Source: Entomortierella parvispora E1425
Taxonomy: Eukaryota; Fungi; Mortierellomycota
Assembly: GCA_020891255.1 (NCBI GenBank)
Contig: BQFW01000012.1
Coordinates: 558,001-622,000 of the forward strand
Length of the DNA: 64,000 nt
Direction of reading: 5' to 3'
Part shown: one piece after another, positions 50,186 to 62,714 of the stretch
How the letters are laid out: each line of letters begins with the position of its first letter
Position numbering within the stretch: position 1 is the stretch's first letter
Program-made: the position numbers and the translations under genes
The notes under the pieces: model-generated
What the model was told of the DNA's origin: nothing
The model's input: the letters and a program-made list of their open reading frames with translations, nothing else
Databases searched by the model: none

Positions 50186-51402
50186 TCAAGCTTTGAGGAG
50201 ATCCCTTGGGTTCATGTTCACGTCGAATGGATCCTTGTCGTCAATGTCCAGTTCTTCCAAAAGATCTTTGGGTTTTCCAGGCAAGTTCTCTGTCACGGTA
50301 GAGAACATGTCCTTAAACTATTCAGTGGTTAAAATAAAGAGTCAAAAGTTTCCTGTCAGTGCAACAAATGAATACGCAGAAACCTGGAAACAAAGAGAAT
50401 GAAAAGGATGGCGTTACCATTCGTCGTCTCTCCCTCCAAATCTTGCGATGGTATTCCATTTCCTTGACCACCTTTTGCTTCTCCTCTGCTGTAACCAGTT
50501 GGGTCCCTGAACGCAAGAGTTCCAAATGCTTTCCAGATTGCTCATTCTAACACATAAAATACGGCGTGAGTTTGTCTGGATACACTCCTTCCCCTTCCCA
50601 ACCGCCCTTCCTTCTCACGTTCGTTGGGGCAAACATAGTCTATTGAGTCCATCTCATTTCCACATGACGCCATTTTCTATACCTTCGCCGTCAACAACGC
50701 CAGCTTTGCTGCGATTTCATCCGTCGTCAGAGATGAGCTCAAGGCGGACAGCTCTAAAAGAGAGAGAGACAGAGGGAGAGAGTACGAAAGTAATTGACGT
50801 CAGATTAAAAAAGACAGGTCATTGACTCCTTCTCTCGCTACTCCATTCATTGTCCTTTTACCTGATGAAAGTTGTTTGTGCCTTGATTTTTGATCTGCAA
50901 TTTTTGACTGCAACTGAGCCAATTCTCGATCAACTGCGGCCATTTCCTCGGGAGAAGCTGTTTCGATCGTATCCTGCCGCACGACATAGATGGCTTGTTT
51001 CCCGTACAGTTTAGACGTGATCACGTCCTTCTCTACTAATGCATTGACGATCCGTTGACAGTCTGTCTTTGAAACTGCAGAGTGCAAGTTGTTCACGATA
51101 TCGGCTACAGGGGGGAGGCAAAAGAAAAGAAATGAGAACCGTTAGAGACCACAGCTGACTGAGGCAAAGGGCCCTGGTTGACGTGTGTATAGACTTACTA
51201 ACGCTGTATGGCCGGTTCTGTTTGACAAGATAGTCAAGCACGATTTTCTCAGACTATAGAAGCAGGTTAATGCATGCATTTGCATGAGAAGGATGTCAAA
51301 CTCGATTTTGAAGGAATTATGAACGCGATCCTTGCAGGGCGATGCCAGCTTTTAACATGCCTTGTCTCCTTTAGCATTGGCTGCTTTTTTTTCTTTGGGC
51401 AT
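50186..51402 (-). CDS. HOP2: Meiotic Hop2/TBPIP (PSMC3IP), multi-exon; first intron is GC-AG
   Basis: MPKEKKAANAKGDK|SEKIVLDYLVKQNRPYS|VADIVNNLH...KLYGKQAIYV, coiled coil, YHRKIWRERRRM and FKDMFSTVTEN. Confidence 0.88.
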
Positions 51403-51585
51403 CTTGTTGGATGGAGTTTGTATGAATGGAGCTTTGGAGCTTTTATGAATGAGGTTTGTGTGTTGGCGTCTTCTCTTGCGATGCAGAATGGTGGCAAATG
51501 CAGGAAAGGTGGAATGAAGCGTTGCCTGGGTATCGAAACATTTATTGCGTGATTTGGTGGCGTCAAACAGTCAGGGGTTGAATTT

Positions 51586-53035
51586 TTAGTTGGCGGAGGA
51601 GGTCAAAAGGCCGATCCAATTGTGGATGCCCACACGCGTCCATCCACAACGCTCCATAAAAACCATAGTCGGGTGATTGTCATCGATGCAATCTGCGTGA
51701 GCCATAAGTGTCTCTGAAGAGATTGATTTAGCGTCGGCACCAAGGGTATCCAAGATTGACCGTGCCAATCGCATATGGGCTAGGGCCAATCTCATCAGGA
51801 CGAGGCGACCCAAGCCCATCTTACGATACGCGGGCAGTACATGAAGCGCAGCAACCGAAACTAGTTATTGGTAGCCACAAGGACGTAAAAAGATTGAGAG
51901 CGCAGTTAGACAGTCTGATTGGCCACAGCTTAAACGTTCATGTCAACTTCAATTGCTTCGGACCACCTGCAGAGAGAGAACAGAATACGAACTTACAGTC
52001 TTCATGAGATCCTGCCCAAGCAACCATCTCACCGCTTTTGCTTCGGAAGCACTGAGATGTCTTGATAATGTGGCGACCATAATGCTCAGAATATGGAACA
52101 GCATTCACATTGATCATCTGCTGAATATCTCGTTCCTCCATTGGTCCCAGGACCAGACCTTCTTCACGTTCGATCCGTTCACAATCCTGGACAACAGCAG
52201 CCTCATTCTCAAGCAACTTCTTTTCAGTCATCACAAACTTGACAGCTCGGGTTCCTTTGGTGAGGTTACCCAATGACCGAAGTGCAGGCATCCAAACATC
52301 ATTAACACAATAAAACATCTCATGCTGAGAGTTTTCTCTTCCTAGGAATGAAATAATGATTCAGTCGTGCAATAACTTGAAAAAAAAATGTCGACAGCAC
52401 AGAATAAAATGGGCTGCGAACGTGCCCTTTTTTGTCATCAAATCGAGCTCAGACTCACCTCCACCAGCCCTTAGCTCTCCAAGGTACTCAACAATACTTG
52501 AGAGCAAAATTCTCACATTCTGATTGTGTGCCACGATCACAGGATCCGCAGTGGCCTTCTTCAAGTAACAAGCGGCATTAGTTTCTGTCGCAGAATCCGC
52601 GGCCTTGGAGGCATCCAATTGTTCAATCTTGGCAGCCTCATCGATGGCAGCCTTCATCAAGTCCTCTTCACAACGTGGAAAGAATGTAACAGCATGACCA
52701 GAGATGGTTACGTCGATCAGAGTCTTGACCGAACCGGCTTCAGCGGCGGTTGTGATTGGCATTTCGATGGACAGGTAGTGAGGAGGAGGACGAGGACAAA
52801 GAAGTCCCGTCAAGGATGCGGTTTCTTCGGACTGGTTGGGATCCTTGGATCGGATTTGCTTTCCTGGGGTTTGTCGAAGCTCTGCCGCGGTGGTCAACAC
52901 CAAACCAAATTGTGAGATTGAGTGGGGGAGGAACTCTGCGAGTTTGGCAAGGTAGTCTGCATATCCGCGTTCGGGCGAGACAGGCACGAGCAGCTCTTCA
53001 ACATGGGGAATGGGTTTGCTAGACTCCGAGGGCAT
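51586..53035 (-). CDS. GNAT-family acetyltransferase (FR47/glycine N-acyltransferase-like), 3 exons
   Basis: C-terminal motif A IAALHVLPAYRKMGLGRLVL, and DCIDDNHPTMVFMERCGW. Confidence 0.75.
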
Positions 53036-53669
53036 GATGTCAAGGGGGTTTTTTTTAGGAATGGAAGAACAAACGAATGGAATGGGCAAGTGAAGACAAG
53101 CTGAGCCAGGGAGAACAGGCTGACTCAAGCGCCACCAAATATCTTGGCACGTGATCGAGTTGAGCACGTGATACTATATGACGCTGCGGCCAGCTGCAGC
53201 TGGTGGACCTTTGAGCATGCATGCATGAAGCATCTCTCTCTTTTCTTCTTTTCTCTTCAGTCCATTCTCACCGTCCTTTCCCTTCCTGCTATCCATCTCT
53301 CAAGGTGCGTTTATCTCTGTTGCTGTTAGCATGTATATCTCTTTCGTGTCTTCATGCACTCTGGGCATCTTTGGACGCTGACTGCTGACCTGCTCTCTCG
53401 CTCTTCTTTCGTTCACTATGGTTGTCGCTTGCTTCTCCGTTAATTCTGGTGGGACTTTATTGCCTCTCTCCTTGGTTGTTTCGCAATGGCTCATTGGACT
53501 CGCCGTCATTCTCATTCTTGATGTCGTATAGCCGTTTTTCCCTCTACCCTTCCAGTTTTTTTTTGTTCTTGTTCTCTCTTTTCCATTCCAACCCAACAAA
53601 ACCTCCCGTTTTCCAACCGTTAAAACCACCCCGCTTCCACCTTTTCAGCCCCCTTTCGATCTTTTAATC

Positions 53670-55406
53670 ATGCTTTTGAAGCTCTCTACTGTGGTCTTGT
53701 TGATGGCCTCCACCGCTGCTGCTTTGCCCTCGTTCTTGCAGTCAGAGCACCTCGCCCCCATTGTTTCCGCTGCCAATGCTGATATCATTCCCGACTCGTA
53801 CTTTGTCGTGTTCAAGAACGGTGTCCGTGCTAACGACCACTCTGCTTGGGTTCATGACCTCCACAAGCGCGACTTGAACGCCAACGGCCTCTGGGATAGC
53901 ATCTCCAGTGGAGTCAAGCACGTGTACGACATGGGCAACTTCCAGGGTATCGCTGGTCGCTTCCGCCCCGATGTCCTTGACGAGATCCGCAGGAACCCCG
54001 ATGTAAGGCTTGTTTAGATTGTGTCGTTTACTGCTTTGTTCATCAATATGTGCGTTTTGAAGACGGTTTCTCGTTCCTCTTGGAATGTGGATACAGAGAG
54101 CGCCACAGGCAAAACTCAGCAAAGCGGGGCTGGTGGTGAGGCCTGTGGCAGTCATTCTAGAGAGAAGGGAGCCGTTTTCATTTGCAGCCCCACGGGATAT
54201 TGCCCTGTGCTGTGCCACGCCTCCCCTGGGGGTTGTCCTGGGGGGACACCAGTCAGGCTGGCCGACAGTCACCTGGTCTCCGTTGTCGACTTCTGTTCCA
54301 TTTATGGCATCGTCACGAACCATAAATTACATTATTGCATCCGTGCATGCGTATCGTCATAAGGGGGGTCTTTAGACTGGATGACTTGGCTGACTGACTG
54401 ACTGACGACACCCTCCGTCTCCCTCACTTTCCGCTCCTAGGTTGACTACATTGAACGCGATCAGGTTGTGTATGCCTCTGAGACCCAGAAAGGCGCCCCC
54501 TGGGGACTTGCCCGTATTTCTCACCGCAGGCCCCTCACCCTCGGCACTTTCAACAAGTACGAGCACGATCCCAATGGAGGCAATGGTGTCACCGTCTTTG
54601 TGATCGACACTGGTGTCAACATAGAGCACAAAGAGTTCCAGGGCAGAGCCAAGTGGGGCAAGACCATCCCCAGTGGTGACCCAGACCAGGATGACAACGG
54701 CCACGGTACTCACTGCGCTGGAACCATTGGTAGCAGAGCTTATGGTGTTTCCAAGAAGGCTGATATTGTCGCTGTCAAGGTCTTGCGCTCCAACGGCTCC
54801 GGTACCATGGCCGACGTCGTCGCTGGTGTCGACTTCGCTGTCTCGGAACATCTGGCCCTTCAATCTAAGAAGGGAGGCAAGTACAAGGGATCCGTTGCCA
54901 ACATGTCCCTCGGTGGTGGCAAGTCTCGCCCCTTGGATGCCGCTGTTGCTGGCGCTGTTGAGGCCGGTCTCCACTTTGCCGTCGCTGCAGGAAACGACAA
55001 CAGGGATGCTTGCGATTACTCACCTGCTGGTGTTGAGACTGCCGTCACTGTTGGTGCTTCGTCTTTGGATGACTCGCGCGCCTACTTCTCCAACCACGGT
55101 CCCTGTGTCGACATTTTCGGACCAGGAAAGGACATCTTGTCGACCTGGATTGGCTCTAACGAAGCCAGACGTACCATCTCTGGTACTTCCATGGCTTCGC
55201 CCCACGTTGCTGGTTTGATTGCCTACTACCTCTCGTTGGCTCCTGAGAACGCCTCTGCCTTCCACACCGGACCCTTGACCCCCAAGGAGATGAAGAAGTA
55301 CCTCGTTGCCCGCGCCACTCGTGACGTCCTGACTGATGTTGATAGCAAGACCCCCAACCTGTTGATCTATAACAACATTGTTGACGACCAGTTCTACGCT
55401 TGGTAA
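53670..55406 (+). CDS. PRB1: Subtilisin-like serine protease (vacuolar protease B/cerevisin type); intron 54003-54440
   Basis: Signal peptide, I9 propeptide (IIPDSYFVVFK), and catalytic triad VIDTG / NGHGTHCAG / SGTSMASPHVAG. Confidence 0.93.
54058..54335 (+). ncRNA. Candidate structured intronic RNA of unknown class
   Basis: Nested stems 54058-71/54167-80, 54077-87/54153-64 and 54102-10/54141-49. The G.U wobbles pair only in the transcript sense. A further stem is ATTTATGG/CCATAAAT, with an ACA near 54329. Confidence 0.35.
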
Positions 55407-55608
55407 ACCCCCTGGCATTTTTAACCCATTGGAATAAGCAGGAAGTCCACACCCTAAATCTCCACCTCCGCAATATTGCAAGAAATAACAGGAATGATCA
55501 CTCCTAGACAAAAAAAACAATCTGTGTATATCTCTATTTTTTTCTTTTCACGACTCAGTCTGGACCCGCCTTCCTTTGAATAAATGTATTATTACCAATG
55601 TTTGAGTT

Positions 55609-57616
55609 CTACAATCGCGAACGAGGGAATGTACCGTGCTGAACATGGTCGCGAGTGATGTCAGACAGTTTGCAGCATCCTGCTAACGCCATGGCCAGTT
55701 CGAGTTCTTTCTGAATCAAGTCAAGCGCAAGCGTAACACCTTCCTCGCCCTATAATGAAGGAACATGTCGTTAGAAGATCAAGCAAACACGTTGTCATAT
55801 CAAACTAGCTGTCAATAATAGGGTGTGCCTTACATTGTGAGCAAGACCCCAGAGGATAGGACGACCCAAAAAGACGGCCTTGGCACCAAGGGCAAGGGCC
55901 TTGAGAACATCGGTTCCTTTACGTACTCCTCCATCCATATAAACCTCTACATTTCTACCCTTGACGGCATCCAAAACCTCTGGAAGAGCATCAATCTGCA
56001 AGGCAAAAAAAAAAAAAATGAGTGCTGTGTAACAGGCGTACGCCGTTTTGAATCTCGACGAGTCACCCCCTACTCCCCCCCTACTTACAGTAGCAAGAAC
56101 ACCATCCAGTTGTCTTCCTCCGTGATTGCTGACCAAGATGCCCTCAACTCCGATATCGGCAGCCAACTTTGCGTCTTCGGCCGTCAGCACACCCTTGACC
56201 ACAACAGGCAGTTTAGTGATGGATCGCACCCAAGCAATATCGTCCCAGTTCAAAGTAGGGTCAATCTGGGAAACTACATAGGCAGCCAAGCTCGATTCTT
56301 GTCGGACAATCTTGACTCCTGAAGTGTGACCGGCCGCCTCCCTGGCAGCGCGCTCTCCTTCGTTCTTCTTATCCAAGATGGTTGCCATTGTGACCTTTGA
56401 GTCTTTAGTCTCAAAGTTGGCCATGGTCATATGCCCAGGAAGTTTGAACACGTTACGGACATCTGCCAGTCTTCGTCCAAGGAACGGTGTGTCAACAGTG
56501 ATAACCAACGCTATTTTTTTTTTTTTGCGAACAGAGGACGAAAATTTGTCGGAGAGGAATTAGTTCAAAAGACTTTGCCCACCTTTTTTGTGTGGTCTTT
56601 CTGTGACACTTTACGCCGCCAATGATGACTCGAATTGCTGATCTGTAGTGCTTGTGCGTTGTGGTTTTCCCCTGCCTTTGTTATGCATCCCGACCCCCCA
56701 CTCCCGGGTTCAGGTGCATGTTGAACCTGTGCAGTTCTTTGTTGCCCTGACCCTTCCCTTCTTTGGGCACGTGCATTTGGCCTATCCCAAGTTACGCGTC
56801 CATGTTTCAATTTTTTTACCTTTGTACCCCGCCGTTTCTACCCTTCGGATCAATTGCTCTGTGACGGCTCGGTCCTTGTACACATAGAGCTGGAACCAGT
56901 AGAGAGGCAGGCCGGTCGAGGTTGTATCCACAGGAACCGCCTTACCAGCCTCGATCGTGTCCTCGGCTGAGGTCGTCGACCAAGAAGAAAGGATCATGCA
57001 TTTTTTGGCTTTTGCTGCAGCTGCAAGAATTCCCCCCGCATTGTTTGTGTTCACAGCAGCGATCAAAAAAAGAGAAAGGGAGAGCATAGAAAAAAAACAG
57101 GGCAGTTAGAGAATCAATTTGCATGCACTGTGGTTCTCGTTCCTGAGCCTTGTCCCTGGACGATTTCCCCTCAATGCGGGTTGCATTGGTCAAGAGAGCA
57201 GCTTGTTTTACCTCGGGCAGTGGCCTTTTCGCCCTCATCATTGGCAAGGCGCTGCATAGCCGTGGGAGCAATGCAGATCGGACTGCTGACAGTGTGTCCA
57301 AGGAGGGTGGTCTCGGTAGAGACCTTGGAGACATCCCTCAGGATCCTTGGACGAAGTCTTAAACTGCAGACGATAAAAAGAAGAAGAATGGGGGGCAAAC
57401 CGAGGTTAGAGACTGAGGATCGACAGTCTGTCATTTTGGACAGAGTTGAGAAGATAAGAGTTCAACATACCGACTGAAGGCCTCTTGGTTGTCCTTGAGG
57501 GTCTGCATATCGTTGGCTCCGCTTCTGTAGTAGTCGAGAGCGTTGAGAGCCAGGGTAGAGTAGGCATTGTGCTCAAGGTCGGCGATGGAGATGGGGACGA
57601 GTTGGTTGGGACGCAT
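55609..57616 (-). CDS. Peroxisomal FMN-dependent (S)-2-hydroxy-acid oxidase (glycolate oxidase-like), multi-exon
   Basis: [69 protein letters not shown] and the C-terminal PTS1 -SRL. Confidence 0.93.
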
Positions 57617-57869
57617 GGTGAATGGACGAAGGTGGGTGTTGGGTAGTTGAAGAAAGATGTCAATCGGGCAAACGGCTTTTTGGCCATGATTGGGCGGCAC
57701 GTGACGAGGGCAGAAAGCACAAAAAAGACGTGATTGCATGCATCTCTTCATTGCACAATCCACTTGATTCAGGACAACTTCAGAGCCCAACGCGGACTCG
57801 TCAAGCAACTCTCACCAACAAGTTTACTCAGGACACTTCTTACAGGACTCAGATCCATTTAAGTCACCA

Positions 57870-59758
57870 ATGAAGCTTACCGTCGCAATTGGCAATGTGA
57901 ATCAAGGCATTCTCGACGAGGACGACAGCAAGGTCGCGGCCAACTTTGCTGTTTTCAGTCGAAACACCGAGAAGATGCTTCAAGGGTTTTCTGAATCGGT
58001 ATGAAACGAAAATATGCCTTTCTACGTTTCTTCGGGGCATGTGGGAGCCAGTTTGCTGTTGTAGCTCCATTTGCACTCCAGTCAGATCGGGTCATATTAT
58101 ACTGACACATTTTGGATCGTAGGATTATGAGGTACAGCGGATGTGCAAAGAAAGACTCCCGGCGCCTTGGGGGGAGATGATGTTCCATCATGTCTTGGCG
58201 TGCAGAGGCGTGCAACGACGTGACTATTCGGCTGCTCACAAGGAACAATTGAACGCTGTCAAGTAAGGTCTACCCTGCCACACAATTCACTTTGATCGCC
58301 TTCATGAACCTACAAGAGTGCTCACACTCGTCTTTCTCCTCAGCATTTTTCATCGTGAATTTCAAACCATGACAAACTGGCCATTGGAGGTTCTTTACAT
58401 CCTTAATGGGGATTTGAGACGACTTGCTGTTCAGGTAAATAAGAAGCCAGAAGCAGACTGTCGAGCTGTTCTTCCCAAATCGTCTAATGTTGTCCTATTT
58501 TTGTTTAGGCGGACAAGCAAATGGAGAAGAGAGGCGAAAAGCCAGTCAAGCTGGAAGAGTGCGCGAGGACGATCAATAAGGCATTTACCATTTGCATTAC
58601 GGATCGGGCGCAGTTAAGAATCTCGAAGAAATGGGGCACATATAACATTATTGGAATCCTTTTCAGAACCTATTTCAAGGTAAAGTCACTCTAATGCTCG
58701 AGGAAATAGATTGTCTTCCCTACTTTTTGGAAGCTCGACTCACCTTTAACGAGATCTCTTGTTTTAATCTCCCTCCATAGTTGAAGTCACATAACCTTTG
58801 CAAGAATATTCTCCGTGCTGTCAAAGCGTCTGATCTCCCTGACTTGGAAAGATTCCCCATGGCTCATCAGGTCACCATCCGCTACTATACTGGTGTCCTC
58901 TCCTTTTTCAACGAGGACTTCAAAAAGGTATATGAGAGGAGTGAGAGAGAGGATGACTAACATCAAAAGAGCGCAAAAATTCACTTAACACACCCTGACT
59001 ACTATTTGGTCTTCTCCACTTGTCCTTGTACGTTATATTAGGCTGAGCAGGATCTTCAGTTCGCGTTTGATAGCACGCTACCAGCCTTTCACCACAACCG
59101 AAGATTGATTCTGCATTACTTGATCCCCACAAAGCTCTTGCACGGATCTTTACCCTCCGCTAGAATGCTGAAGGAGTTTCCCGAGTTATCAGGACTCTAC
59201 TTCCCCATTGCCAAAGCGATCCGCACAGGCAATGTTCGGCTATTTGACGAGGCTTTGACTCAGGGAGGAAGTCGCCTGATTGGCTTGGGAACTTATTTAA
59301 CAGTGGAGCGATCGCGAGGCGTAGCTGTCCGGACTTTGTTCAAGAAAGTGTAAGTGCCTTATTTATTCTCACAGCGTCAATTCCCCCCCCCCCCCCCCCC
59401 TTTTTTTTGTATTAATATCATGTATTTCTGTAGATACAATTGCCTGGGTAAAATCAACAAAATCAATGTGGACTCTTTCAAGACAGCATTGGAGTTTGTC
59501 GGTGTCTCAGCGGAAACAGAGGAGGTTGAATGCATGTTGGCAAACATGATTGCACAGGTAACGATGTTTATGGTGAAAGCAGCCAAATGAGAAAGAAAGG
59601 CCTCTATGCATGTTTGAGCCGGCCAACTTACCATGTCCTTCTCTTCTGTTATTTTACTCGTATTACAGGGCTTTATGAGAGGCTACCTATCCCATGAGAA
59701 GAAGGTCTTGGTGTTAAGTCAGAAGGACCCATTCCCCTCTGTTCAACAGCAGTCATAG
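57870..59758 (+). CDS. PCI-domain protein PCID2/CSN12/Thp1-like, multi-exon
   Basis: FTICITDR...SKKWGTYNIIGILFRTYF, FPMAHQVTIRYYTG, NRRLILHYLIPTKLLHG, ECMLANMIAQ|GFMRGYLSHEKKVLVLSQKDPFP. Confidence 0.9.
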
Positions 59759-60397
59759 TTATAAACAATAGAACAATCATTCAAACATTTTGCTTGTAGA
59801 GTAGATGTATCCATCTGTTGTCTCCTATATAAGCGACCCGCCCACCCTGTAGTTGCTTCATCAGTTTTTCCAGTTGTAGCAAGATGGATGCGCTGATGTT
59901 CTTCAATTGTTCCCTCCCCGTTTCAGTTCAGCTCTTTGACAGGATATAAGACCGCTACTTGAGTGATAAAAACATCAGGAACTTCGCTCGCTATGCCGCC
60001 AAAGGTATCATCTATTGCTTTGACACGAACATCGCACTTTCTAATGCCTGTTCTTGTCGATGCCATTGATTTTAGAGCCTTTGAGTGCTTCTCTCAATCC
60101 AGCGAATAACGATGTCGCTTTAGAGCTGGACTTTTGTTTTCCTTTAGCTTTCTGCAAAGGTATATCCAAGCAAAAAACGGCTATCTTTAAGAGTGGACAT
60201 ACTAGCTTGGCCCTAGGCCACTATTCTGGTCGTTTTGGGGCCACTGCCCTCTGAATCACCTCCAACCATCGAAAACGAAGAAAAAGAAATTGAAAGAAAA
60301 GAAAACACATGTCAAGAGGGTTGAAGCGTTAGCTTCTTTTTTTTTTTTTTTTTCCGTCTTTATTTTCTGTTCACTCTCCTCTCATCAGAGATATTTA

Positions 60398-62714
60398 TCA
60401 TTGATGACCCGGGTTGGAAGACTCTCTTCTAGAGAATGGTTCAAAATTCTCCAGTATGAGGTTCGGACTGGACTGAGCGAGCATCGTTGTCGACTTCATG
60501 ATTTCAGGCGGGACCGCCATAAATGTAGTCATGTACGCCTCTGGCGGTTGAGGTTCATATTTTCTTGTAGAAGAGATCGAAGATGATGACGAGGATGGGG
60601 CTTTGGCCTTCAAAGTCAGAGTAGAAGACTTTTTCTTGAGAGGGGGTTCAGGCGTTGTGCTTGACACTGTGCTTGAATACACTGGGGTCTGGTATCCACG
60701 TTGATCAGTCGCAGCCTATTCCGATGATGAGTTCAAAAGACATGAAGGGGATAGCGACGGGGTGGATGGTCAGCCAAGATGCTTCGTCAACAGAAAGGAC
60801 GCGTCTCACGCGGCCCTTCAACGCGTTCCCGTCATTCTATGTCAATCATGTCAAACAAATGATTTCTGCTTGTGGTCAATTGTTTGTTACCTCATTCTCT
60901 AGCACTGACATCCTCGAGCTCTTTCGTCTAACGGCTCGTCTGGCGTTATTATCCTCGATCGGAGACGGTCTGTCTCCTTGGCTGGAATGGTGTGGGTACT
61001 GATCCAGCGAGAGAGGAAACTGGCCAAGGAGAGCGTTTTGTGCGCTTTCGGCTACTGTGTTGGCTCTGTGGTGCTTAATACCGCTGTCTTGGGAACCACG
61101 ATTGCTCTGGGGTACGTTGATACCCGCCCCATTACTTTGATAACGGTTGCTATCAGCAGGAAGAGGAGCGACGAACAAAAGGAGACTAGATCTGGAGGCA
61201 TCAATCTCGTCTTCCATTTTGATTGCATCTGTCGCTGGAGCCGCTTCCATTGCCATAGAAAGAGCATCGCGAGGATATCCTTCGGCTGTTGCAGCGTGCA
61301 CTGCGTGGTACATCGCCTCTTGTCCTTCGCGGACTGTACCAGATTCAGGTCGTTGAGGAGAAGGGTTGAACTGAGAGTGCAAATGATGCGAACAATTGCA
61401 GTTACCCGACAATGTAGGTTTCAGTCGATGATGTGGATCAACAACGGACAAAGTGGTCTCCACTCCACCAGGCCATGGGGAGGTGTCGTGATAAATGGAA
61501 GGATCATAACAAAGGCGTTGAGTCTGGGTCGAATTGTGACGATCGATGACCTCCTGAGGACTGGAGGACTGGGCAACAGCCTGGCTCACATCCGTGCACA
61601 TTTGGCCGTTGGGCCGATAGAACGATGTATCAGAGTGAGTGGCATGGTGGATGTGGTTTGCGCCTGTCGAGTGACAGGAGAAAAATGAAGGATACGGTGG
61701 TAGTTGATGTTGCTGTTGTTGTTGCTGCTGCTGCTGCAGTTGTTGTTGTTGCAGCCAGGTTGTTGGTTGCGGGCTCGGAGAGGCAACACTCGAGAAGAAA
61801 AGTGGGTCACTTGCTGGAGTAGTCGCCAGACCACCAGAACCAACCTTCATGTCCTGGGCCACCTTCTGTTGTTGCATCAGCTGTGAAGACGACCAGCAGG
61901 AGTCACCGGAATAGGATGGGGTATCTGGATTTGACTGAGGAGTCGACGACCTGATACTCTGATCATAAGCTGACAAGATGTGGGTAGGGATGGGTCCTGA
62001 CGAGTGAGAAGACAGGGCGGCTCTTGGTGGCCCGTGCCGTTGATGAAATAGAGGATAGTGGGGGGTATGGCTCTGTTGTAATGGCTGCATCTGGACGTGA
62101 ACTGGCTCTTGTGGAGGAGTTGAAGCCATATCGGCAATGTCGCGATACGCCGCAGTCATTGGCTCGGGCAGCGTTGGCGGCGGCGTGCGTGAAAATGTCA
62201 AAGGGTCCCCATAAACATACAGAGGGGAGGATGCTTGAGCTGCCACGGGGACACTGAGGTGAGAGGTATGGTGGCAGTCAAACAATGGAGGGGGAAATAT
62301 CGCTTGTGGGAGTGTCCGAGGCACTGGCCGAAGGTCCGAAGACGAGCATGGCGAAGTAACCGGCGCTGTCACGGAGACTTGTCTCGAATCTGCGTCGTGC
62401 GCTGTGATCGCTGCCGCCCCAAATGATAAAGAGGCAGTGTCCCTGCACTGGGACTCGACCTTATTGTTACGACGTTCCTCGAGATGGTACAGAGTAAGAC
62501 AGCAAGTAGGCTGATGACAGGCTCGATAGATCCCTTCGGAGACTTGAATCCGAACCTGCGCACAGTTGCATGCCAGATTGTCGGGCAACGTGGCGGGTAC
62601 ATTGTGTACAAGGACTTGTATAGAAGCACTAATTGCAGTACCACTCCGTTGAGCTGGATAGCTCTCCGTAGCTTGGAAAGCTTGCATGACTGTCGATCGG
62701 CGTATGACGTCCAA
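60398..62714 (-). CDS. Hypothetical low-complexity protein (S/Q/P-rich); true start uncertain
   Basis: 612-codon ORF plus two plausible in-frame phase-0 downstream exons (NDGNALKGR; AATDQRGYQTPVYSS...). No domain recognised. Confidence 0.6.

Noticed and set aside
54003-54440. TPP riboswitch, RNase MRP/P, U3 or telomerase RNA identity for the structured intron
   Set aside because: The hallmark motifs (CUGAGA...AUACC; GAAAGUCCCC; boxes A/B/C/D; a telomeric template) were not found.
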